Shown: one piece after another, positions 9,420 to 16,793 of the stretch | How the letters are laid out: each line of letters opens with the position of its first letter | How positions within the stretch are numbered: position 1 is the first letter of the stretch | DNA from: Acutalibacteraceae bacterium | Lineage (GTDB): Bacteria; Bacillota; Clostridia; Oscillospirales; Acutalibacteraceae | Length of the DNA: 64,000 nucleotides | Direction of reading: 5' to 3' | NCBI GenBank assembly: GCA_045534445.1 | Contig: JAZSJQ010000057.1 | Location: 24,548-88,547 of the forward strand | Translations under genes and position numbers: made by a program | Notes under the pieces: model-generated | Database searches by the model: none | The model's input: the letters and a program-made list of their open reading frames with translations, nothing else | What the model was told of the DNA's origin: nothing

Positions 9420-10568
9420 ATGATTCTTATAAAAAACGGTCTGATCCATGATGCGGTAAACAAAGAACCCTATATCGGGGATATCCTGATTGAGGACGGA
9501 AAGATAAAGGAAATAGGTAAAGGCATCGAGACTGATGCTCAGACAGTTGATGCATCCGGACTCAGTGTTTACCCCGGTTTCGTTGAAGCACACTGCCATC
9601 TGGGTCTTCACGACTACGGCATCGGCTTTGAGGGCGCTGACTATAACGAAATGAACGATATCCTCTCTCCTCAGCTTCGTGCCATAGACAGTATTTATCC
9701 TCAGGACGAGACCTTCAAGAAAGCTGTTCGAGGCGGCGTTACCTGCGTGTGTACAGGTCCCGGCAGTGCCAATGTTCTCGGCGGCACCTTTACTGCCATC
9801 AAAACCGTCGGCAATTGCGTTGACAACATGACGGTAAAAACCGAAGTTGCCATGAAATGTGCTTTCGGTGAAAATCCCAAGCGCTGCTACAAGGATAAGA
9901 ACAATTTTGCAAGAATGAGCACCGCGTCAAAGCTTCGCGAGATACTCATGAAGGCAAAAGACTACAAAGCGCGTGTTGAAGCTGCAAACGGAGAAGCTTC
10001 AAAAAGGCCTGCCTTTGACATGAAGCTTGAAGCTCTTCAGCCCGTTATCAACAAGGAAATGCCTCTGAAGGCTCACGCTCACAGAGCGGATGATATTTTC
10101 ACCGCAATCAGGATCGCTAAGGAGTTTGATGTAAAACTCACTATCGAGCATTGCACCGAGGGGCATCTCATCGTCGATGAGCTTGCTGACTATAATTATC
10201 CCATAGCCGTTGGCCCCACTCTTACCAACGCCTCAAAATTCGAGCTTCGTAATAAATCATGGGAAACTCCCAAGGTGCTTTCTGACGCAGGCTGTCAGGT
10301 TTCTATAATAACCGACTCCCCAGTTATTCCTCAGGAATACCTGTCACTCTGTGCAGGTCTTGCGGTAAAAGCAGGCATGGATCCCTTTGCCGCTTTGCAG
10401 GCAATCACCATAAATCCCGCAAGGCATATCGGAATTGCTGATCGTGTAGGCTCCCTCGAAATCGGAAAAGATGCAGATATTATTATTACCGACGGTGATC
10501 CTATTACCTCCACCACCTGCGAAGTACTTTATACGATTATTGACGGCAATATAGTATACAAAGCATAA
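9420..10568 (+). CDS. Amidohydrolase family protein (metal-dependent hydrolase)
   Basis: MILIKNGLIHD...GFVEAHCHLGL is the HxH metal motif, with a C-terminal ...GSLEIGKDADIII... segment typical of the amidohydrolase superfamily. Confidence 0.85.
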   Translation: MILIKNGLIHDAVNKEPYIGDILIEDGKIKEIGKGIETDAQTVDASGLSVYPGFVEAHCHLGLHDYGIGFEGADYNEMNDILSPQLRAIDSIYPQDETFKKAVRGGVTCVCTGPGSANVLGGTFTAIKTVGNCVDNMTVKTEVAMKCAFGENPKRCYKDKNNFARMSTASKLREILMKAKDYKARVEAANGEASKRPAFDMKLEALQPVINKEMPLKAHAHRADDIFTAIRIAKEFDVKLTIEHCTEGHLIVDELADYNYPIAVGPTLTNASKFELRNKSWETPKVLSDAGCQVSIITDSPVIPQEYLSLCAGLAVKAGMDPFAALQAITINPARHIGIADRVGSLEIGKDADIIITDGDPITSTTCEVLYTIIDGNIVYKA

Positions 10569-10608
10569 TGAAAAGGACTGCAGAAGCAATGTCTGCAGTC
10601 CTCTTCTT

Positions 10609-11460
10609 TTATGCTTTGCAAAGTGCTGTTTCTATAAGGCAGGTCGATGGCTGCGGAAGAGTATCGTCCAATATCACTTCTCCTATGGAATCTGCCTTTA
10701 TGTATCCGCTGATGGGATTCTTTACGCTTATTATATCTCCTCTGACTGTCGCCTGTACCTCACTTCTTTCGAAAGAAAGGTCGGTATCAATCATTTCACA
10801 GTCCTCAAGCACCAAGCCTTTTGCATAGCACAGAGGCTGTGTTCCTATTATTCTGCACCTTACAAGGCGCAGATCCTCTGAATACCATGCAAGGTATTCA
10901 CCTTTAATGGCACTGTCGTACACAGTAACATTCCTGCTGTGCCAGAAAGCATCCTTTGTATCGAGCACAGAATCACGGATCGTCATATTCTCAACATACT
11001 GAAAGGAATATTTGCCCTTTAACTGCACTTTTTCAAGCTCAAGATCAACCGTTTTAAGAAATGGATACTCTCCCTCAAGTGAGCAATCGGTGAGTTTTAC
11101 ATTATTGCAGAACCACCCAAACTCAGGAGATACGGCTTTGCAGTTATCAAGCACAACGCCTTTACACTCTCTGAGTGCCTTTATTCCGCCCAAAATGCTG
11201 TTTCTTACGGTCACATCTTCATCGTACCAAAGTGCAGCACGGCAATTTTCGGTCATTTTGCAGTTCTCAATAACCGCACCGGTTACATGCCAAAGAGGAT
11301 AGCGAAGATTCATACTGCAATCGCGAAGATGCACATTGCGGCATTCTTTCAGCGCAGATTCACCGTCAGCAGGTCCGTCAAAACGACAATTTATGACGTC
11401 AGCATTCTGCACCGCATACAATGCACGTTCTTCGTCAAGTGTCAGGTTCTCGAATTTCAT
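10609..11460 (-). CDS. DUF3737 family protein (beta-helix repeats)
   Basis: The 283-aa protein MKFENLTLDEERALY...GESALKE...RYPLWH...DAFWHSRNVTVYDS...GEYLAW...SVKNPISGYI matches my memory of the DUF3737 consensus. Confidence 0.7.
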   Translation of the reverse strand: MKFENLTLDEERALYAVQNADVINCRFDGPADGESALKECRNVHLRDCSMNLRYPLWHVTGAVIENCKMTENCRAALWYDEDVTVRNSILGGIKALRECKGVVLDNCKAVSPEFGWFCNNVKLTDCSLEGEYPFLKTVDLELEKVQLKGKYSFQYVENMTIRDSVLDTKDAFWHSRNVTVYDSAIKGEYLAWYSEDLRLVRCRIIGTQPLCYAKGLVLEDCEMIDTDLSFERSEVQATVRGDIISVKNPISGYIKADSIGEVILDDTLPQPSTCLIETALCKA

Positions 11461-11571
11461 TTTTACAACAGTCCTTTTGCGTTCTGTAATTTTGATATTT
11501 TACCTTAATTTTCCGTTCCAGTCAACAATTCATAACAGAATTCGTACCATGCAATTTAATCTTACTTTTAC

Positions 11572-11614
11572 TTGATTATTGACTATGCATTTGCTATACT
11601 GATTTTACAGTATA
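11572..11614 (+). promoter_or_regulatory. Putative promoter of the RyR gene pair, with a palindrome overlapping the -10
   Basis: TTGATT (11572-11577), 17-nt spacer, TATACT (11595-11600). The inverted repeat TATACTG-N6-CAGTATA spans 11595-11614. A GGAGGG RBS lies 7 nt before the TTG start. Confidence 0.5.
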
Positions 11615-11632
11615 GTATTGGAGGGATAACAA

Positions 11633-14101
11633 TTGGACAGAAAAAACGATTATACTCCTGCACCTATGGACACCTCAAAAGTCAGATTTCCCAATGAGCT
11701 TAATGATCTTATAGACGACCTCGCCCAAAACGCCCATGAGGTCTGGGCAGAGGGACGAATGGCAGAGGGCAAGTCTTTTGGCAAGTCTAACGATACCGTC
11801 AAAGGCAAAAATACTTTCCTCAAGCCCTATGATGCCATGAATCCTGCTGAAAAGCTGTATGACATCAATTCTGTGGAACAGACGATTAAATTCATCTTAA
11901 AAAACGGATATAAAATTGAAAATATCGACAAATCATACTGGGATGGTATTGAGCGCCAATATTTCAAAAAGTATCATAGCGATAAGGCGGTGCCGATTTA
12001 TAAGGCTCCTCTTATTATCGGTCTTGTATCGGACACCTGCGCAGATACAGATGTCAGGGAAATTCATAAGAGTATTGATGAATTTGCCGCTTATATCACA
12101 AAGCACCTCGGCATTCCATGTGAAAAGTGTGAAAACAGCAAAAGAGAAACTCCTGTTTACATAATTTCAGAGCTTGCCAACAATATCGAGCATTGCGCTT
12201 CAGAATATGCATTTAAAAACTACGGCTTTGAGATTATCACAATCAATAATCCTCAGTCGGGATACAAAAACATCAGTATTCCCTGCCCTGCTGTAGATTA
12301 CATAACGTCCAAAAACTTCATGCTTCTTTCCTTCTGGAAAGGCTTGGACAAACACAGCCGCGCAGGCACTGCAGTAAGAAAAACTCTGCTCGAATATGAC
12401 CGCACCAGTCCCGATCCTCAGCGCACGGTAATAGGAGATTCACATGCTGTTTACCATGTTGTTCTCCCCGGCGACGCACCCACTTCCTTTTACTGGAAAA
12501 ACAGACTTCTTCTGCCCTATATACTTGAGTCCGGCGACAACTGGTACACACTCAGAGATGCTCAGATTATCTATGATCGTGACAGCCGACAGAAGATCAT
12601 TATGGGACAGACTGCGGCAACTCTCGCAAACGGCTCGATAAAAGAAATTGTACGCAAAGAGAAAAGGACGCTCAAGCAGCAATATAAAGCTGACAGAAAA
12701 GCTCTTGATGCTCAATACAACAGTATATCCGACAAAAAGCTTATTGCCGAGAGTGCAAACAGAGTCCTTTCAAAAAAAGAAAAAGCCACTATCATAAGGC
12801 TTCTAAAGAAAGATAAAAAGAACTATATAGATGCAAAGAAAAAGCTTCGTGAAAAGTATTCAAAAGACTTGATAGCAGCCGGAAATAAAGAGAAATACAA
12901 CAAAGCCCTCGAAAAATCCAAGAAAGAACGTCATGAGCTGAATCTAAGTATGTTCGGCTATATAAACCGCTCTATCAAAAAAGGCAGCACTCGCAAACCC
13001 TCAGACGAATTTGATCTGCTCACTGATGACACCCACGGCAAAAGCCTATGTGCGGATGTCTCAAATCTCCGTCATCTGCGCCTTGATACTATTGCGACTA
13101 CTTTCCAGAATGCCAAGAAAAAGCAGACAACTTCAGTTGCATTTCTTGCCGCAATAGGACTCGCTGCCTACGGAATATTCTCGGATCTTGCCTCAGCACG
13201 TTCTCTTCTGGGAATTATCGGCGGCACTGTTTCAGCTCTTACAATTATCGCCGCACTTGTGATCTTTATTATAAGTCAGCATAAGAATTATCACAGTGTC
13301 CACTTGAATCTCCGTCTACTCTCTGAAATGCTGAGAGTAAAGACATATCTCAATGCCGCGGGCATTTATGATTCTGATGTTGCTGATATGCTCAGCGAGC
13401 GTCAGCAGCTGGAACTTGAATGGGCAAAGTATATATGCCGCGGCTGGGACATTATCGATACCGCAGAAGGTTATTATGAACCCTCTGCACAAAAGCCGAT
13501 TTCACTTGATGTCATACGCAGAAAATGGATAGGATCCGCCGACAATCTCCTTGACGGACACAGCAACGCAAAGGTTTATAACCCCTCTTCTGACAAGGCT
13601 CAGATGGATTATGACAGAGGACGAGGCAGTGAATACTTCAAAAAAGCACGAAATCTTTCTATTTTCAAAAGCTTTGCTTCTGTTTTTGCAGTTGTTACAA
13701 CACTCGGAGTTACTATAACCGCTGCAATCATGTTCTTTATCAATTCCGGTCTGACCGTGCCCGAAAGCTGGCAGGCGCTTTTCAACGATCAGTTTGATAT
13801 GAGCGCTCGCTATAACTTCTGGGAAGCACTGTTCGTTTTTCTTGCAGGTATCATACCTGCCGTTATAGGTTGTTTTCTTATTTTCCACGAGAGTCAGATG
13901 TATTCCGAAAACGCTCTGCGTTATAAATGGATGGCGGTAAAATATCAGAAGCTCACCGCTTGCATTGACAGTACACTTGCTGCTTCCGATTCCGATGAAG
14001 CAGTTCGCAAGATATTTAAGGATGCCGCTCGTGCCGCAGTTGAAGAAATTGGTGAATGGACTCTTCTGACCGCAGGCAACGAAGCTGCTCTGCCGTTCTA
14101 A
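11633..14101 (+). CDS. 822-aa multidomain membrane protein: RyR domain, Rossmann-like core, K/E coiled coil and two SLATT-like 2TM modules
   Basis: aa 7-97 resemble the RyR repeat (DLAQNAHEVWAEGR...LKPYDAMNPAEKLYDINSVEQTIKFILKNGYKIE). The protein has four TM helices, at about aa 500-517, 524-548, 676-704 and 728-751. It uses a TTG start. See findings. Confidence 0.7.
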   Translation: MDRKNDYTPAPMDTSKVRFPNELNDLIDDLAQNAHEVWAEGRMAEGKSFGKSNDTVKGKNTFLKPYDAMNPAEKLYDINSVEQTIKFILKNGYKIENIDKSYWDGIERQYFKKYHSDKAVPIYKAPLIIGLVSDTCADTDVREIHKSIDEFAAYITKHLGIPCEKCENSKRETPVYIISELANNIEHCASEYAFKNYGFEIITINNPQSGYKNISIPCPAVDYITSKNFMLLSFWKGLDKHSRAGTAVRKTLLEYDRTSPDPQRTVIGDSHAVYHVVLPGDAPTSFYWKNRLLLPYILESGDNWYTLRDAQIIYDRDSRQKIIMGQTAATLANGSIKEIVRKEKRTLKQQYKADRKALDAQYNSISDKKLIAESANRVLSKKEKATIIRLLKKDKKNYIDAKKKLREKYSKDLIAAGNKEKYNKALEKSKKERHELNLSMFGYINRSIKKGSTRKPSDEFDLLTDDTHGKSLCADVSNLRHLRLDTIATTFQNAKKKQTTSVAFLAAIGLAAYGIFSDLASARSLLGIIGGTVSALTIIAALVIFIISQHKNYHSVHLNLRLLSEMLRVKTYLNAAGIYDSDVADMLSERQQLELEWAKYICRGWDIIDTAEGYYEPSAQKPISLDVIRRKWIGSADNLLDGHSNAKVYNPSSDKAQMDYDRGRGSEYFKKARNLSIFKSFASVFAVVTTLGVTITAAIMFFINSGLTVPESWQALFNDQFDMSARYNFWEALFVFLAGIIPAVIGCFLIFHESQMYSENALRYKWMAVKYQKLTACIDSTLAASDSDEAVRKIFKDAARAAVEEIGEWTLLTAGNEAALPF

Positions 14102-14115
14102 AGGAGGAATTTATT

Positions 14116-14403
14116 ATGTACGAAAACTATAAGCCTGCTCCAATAGATACTTCTGATGTATCTCTCCCCGAAAGCCTCAACGACCTTGTTGAATACATGG
14201 CAAAGAATACTCACGAGGTTTGGGCTGCCACAAGAATCAAGCAGGGCTGGACTTACGGTCCTGAGAGAAACGATGAATTAATGCACCACCCCTGCCTTAT
14301 CCCCTATGAGGAGCTTCCCGAAAGCGAAAAGGTCTACGACCGCAACATTTCTCTTGAAACTCTCAAGCTTATAACCAAGCTTGGATATGAAATAAAGAAG
14401 TAA
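14116..14403 (+). CDS. Stand-alone RyR domain protein (95 aa)
   Basis: MYENYKPAPIDTSDVSLPESLNDLVEYMAKNTHEVWAATRIKQGWTYGPERNDELMHHPCLIPYEELPESEKVYDRNISLETLKLITKLGYEI is a canonical RyR repeat. Its AAGGAGG RBS overlaps the stop of the upstream gene. Confidence 0.85.
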   Translation: MYENYKPAPIDTSDVSLPESLNDLVEYMAKNTHEVWAATRIKQGWTYGPERNDELMHHPCLIPYEELPESEKVYDRNISLETLKLITKLGYEIKK

Positions 14404-14407
14404 TTTT

Positions 14408-14441
14408 ACAGCCGACCGTTTCGTTGGAAATGGTCGGCTGT
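14408..14441 (+). terminator. Hairpin after the RyR pair
   Basis: ACAGCCGACC-N14-GGTCGGCTGT. The T-tract is weak. Confidence 0.5.
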
Positions 14442-14529
14442 AATGCTTAAAACGTTGATTTTTTCTAAGTTACGATATATAATTATTAAATACCGCATAA
14501 AAAGTAATTGCTGATCGGAGGCATTGAAT

Positions 14530-15027
14530 ATGTGCTGTCAGAACAAAGGTCCTCAGAGCGATTTTTCTCTGCTTGAGGACACTCTCATTTCCTATGCTGA
14601 TACACCAGGCAGTCTTATTGCCATTCTGCAGAAGGCTCAGGATATTTATGGCTATCTGCCCAAGGACGTTATGTATCATATCGCAGAGCGTATCGGCGTA
14701 ACTCCTGCTGAGGTTGTCGGTGTTGCCACCTTCTATTCTCAGTTCCGTCTTTCTCCCATAGGCAAGTATCTTATCATGGCTTGTCAGGGCACCGCCTGCC
14801 ATGTCAACGGCAGTAAGCGTGTCGGTGAAGCTGTTGCAAAGTATCTTGAAATCGAGAACGGCGAAACAACCGCAGACGGGCTTTTTACCCTTGAAAACGT
14901 TGCCTGTCTCGGCTGCTGTTCCCTTGCTCCCGTTATCATGATAAACGGTGAAGCATACGGTAATCTCACTCCCGAGAGTGCTATTGCCATTATCAAGGAC
15001 ATTCAGGCAAAGGAGGCACAGGCATAA
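14530..15027 (+). CDS. NuoE/HydC-like [2Fe-2S] thioredoxin-fold subunit
   Basis: ...ILQKAQDIYGYLP...ATFYSQFRL...CQGTACHVNG...CLGCCSLAP is the NuoE family signature. The ATG at 14530 lies 7 nt after GGAGGC. Confidence 0.9.
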   Translation: MCCQNKGPQSDFSLLEDTLISYADTPGSLIAILQKAQDIYGYLPKDVMYHIAERIGVTPAEVVGVATFYSQFRLSPIGKYLIMACQGTACHVNGSKRVGEAVAKYLEIENGETTADGLFTLENVACLGCCSLAPVIMINGEAYGNLTPESAIAIIKDIQAKEAQA

Positions 15028-16778
15028 TGAGAATAGTTATCGGTGAAGGCTCCTGCGGTGTTGCTGCGGGTGCTTCAAAAGTTCGCAGTGCCATTGAAGC
15101 TTTGATGAATGATAATGAAAGCTTTACTCTCGGCAGCACAGGCTGTATCGGTATGTGCTTCTTAGAGCCTATTGTTGACCTTTATGATGATAAAAATCTT
15201 ATAAAGAGACTTGTTAAAGTTTCGCCTGATGATGCTGAGGCTATTATCAAGACTGCAAGAACAGGCGATCTTTCATATGTCGAAAAGCTCGCAATCTCTG
15301 CTGAGGATGAGGAGTTTTTAACAAAGCAGACGAGAATCGCACTGCGTCACTGCGGTCTTATTGACCCCACTTCCCTTGAAGATTACTGCAATGCAGACGG
15401 CTACGAAGCATTAAAGAAAGTACTCACTTCAATGACCCCCGAAGAGGTTATTGAAGAAATAAAGGTATCGGGTCTGGCAGGTCGAGGCGGCGCGGGCTTC
15501 CCCACATGGTTTAAATGGAATGCCGCCCGTCAGAGCGCAGGTGAAAATAAGTATCTTATCTGCAACGCCGACGAAGGTGACCCCGGTGCATTCATGGACA
15601 GAGCTGTTATCGAATCTGACCCCCACACTCTTATCGAAGGTATGCTCATCGGCGCTTATGCTATCGGTGCTTGCGAGATGATCGTTTATGTCCGTGCTGA
15701 GTATCCGCTGGCTATCGTTCATCTTGAAGAGGCTATCAGACAGGCAAGAGAAGCAAATCTCCTCGGTAAAAATATTCTCGGCACTTCATTCTCCTGCGAT
15801 ATGAGAATCAAGGCAGGTGCAGGTGCATTTGTTTGCGGCGAGGAGACTGCTCTTATTGAGTCCCTTGAGGGTAAGCGCGGTATGCCCCGTCTCAAGCCTC
15901 CCTTCCCTGCTCAGAAGGGTTATATGAACGCACCTTCCAACATCAACAACGTTGAGACCTTTGCAAATGTTTCCTGGATAATCAATAACGGCGGTGCTGC
16001 TTTTGCCGCTATGGGTACTGAAAACAGCAAGGGTACAAAGGTCTTTGCACTGACAGGTAAGATTCACAAGGGCGGTCTTGTTGAAATCCCCATGGGTAAG
16101 ACTCTCCGTGATGTTATCTACGGCATCGGCGGCGGTATCCGTGACAATAAGGAATTCAAGGCGGTTCAGATGGGCGGTCCTTCAGGTGGATGTATTCCTT
16201 CAGAGCTTCTTGATACTGTTATCGACTACAAGGCCCTGGGCGCAACAGGCGCTATCATGGGTTCAGGCGGCATGGTCGTCATGGACGAGAGCACCTGCAT
16301 GGTTGGTATGGCTAAGTTCTTCCTTGATTTCACCGCTCTTGAATCCTGCGGAAAGTGTACTCACTGCAGAATCGGAACAAAACGTATGCAGGAGATTCTC
16401 ACCAGAATCGTTGAGGGCGAAGGCAAAGAAGGCGATATCGAGCTGCTTGAAGAGCTTTGCAACGCTGTAAAGGATGGAGCGCTCTGCGGTCTCGGTCAGA
16501 CTGCTCCAAACCCTGTACTTACCACTATCCGTTATTTTAGAGACGAATATATTGCTCACATAGTTGACAAGAAGTGCCCAACCAAAGAATGTCCCGCACT
16601 TCGCACATACTACATTGACGCCGATAAATGCAAGGGCTGTACCCTTTGCGCACGCAACTGCCCTGCCAAAGCTATCAGCGGCACTGTCAAAAATCCCCAC
16701 GTTATCGACCCCAGTCTTTGCATACGCTGTGACCAGTGCCGCAAGGCTTGCAAGTTCGATGCAATCTATATGGATTAA
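15027..16778 (+). CDS. NuoF/HydB-like NADH-binding FMN flavoprotein subunit with C-terminal 2x[4Fe-4S]
   Basis: GLAGRGGAGFPT (FMN/NADH site), ESCGKCTHCR (N3 cluster), and C-terminal CKGCTLCARNCP...CIRCDQCRKACK. Confidence 0.92.
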   Translation: MRIVIGEGSCGVAAGASKVRSAIEALMNDNESFTLGSTGCIGMCFLEPIVDLYDDKNLIKRLVKVSPDDAEAIIKTARTGDLSYVEKLAISAEDEEFLTKQTRIALRHCGLIDPTSLEDYCNADGYEALKKVLTSMTPEEVIEEIKVSGLAGRGGAGFPTWFKWNAARQSAGENKYLICNADEGDPGAFMDRAVIESDPHTLIEGMLIGAYAIGACEMIVYVRAEYPLAIVHLEEAIRQAREANLLGKNILGTSFSCDMRIKAGAGAFVCGEETALIESLEGKRGMPRLKPPFPAQKGYMNAPSNINNVETFANVSWIINNGGAAFAAMGTENSKGTKVFALTGKIHKGGLVEIPMGKTLRDVIYGIGGGIRDNKEFKAVQMGGPSGGCIPSELLDTVIDYKALGATGAIMGSGGMVVMDESTCMVGMAKFFLDFTALESCGKCTHCRIGTKRMQEILTRIVEGEGKEGDIELLEELCNAVKDGALCGLGQTAPNPVLTTIRYFRDEYIAHIVDKKCPTKECPALRTYYIDADKCKGCTLCARNCPAKAISGTVKNPHVIDPSLCIRCDQCRKACKFDAIYMD

Positions 16779-16793
16779 GGAGGCGAGTTTAAA

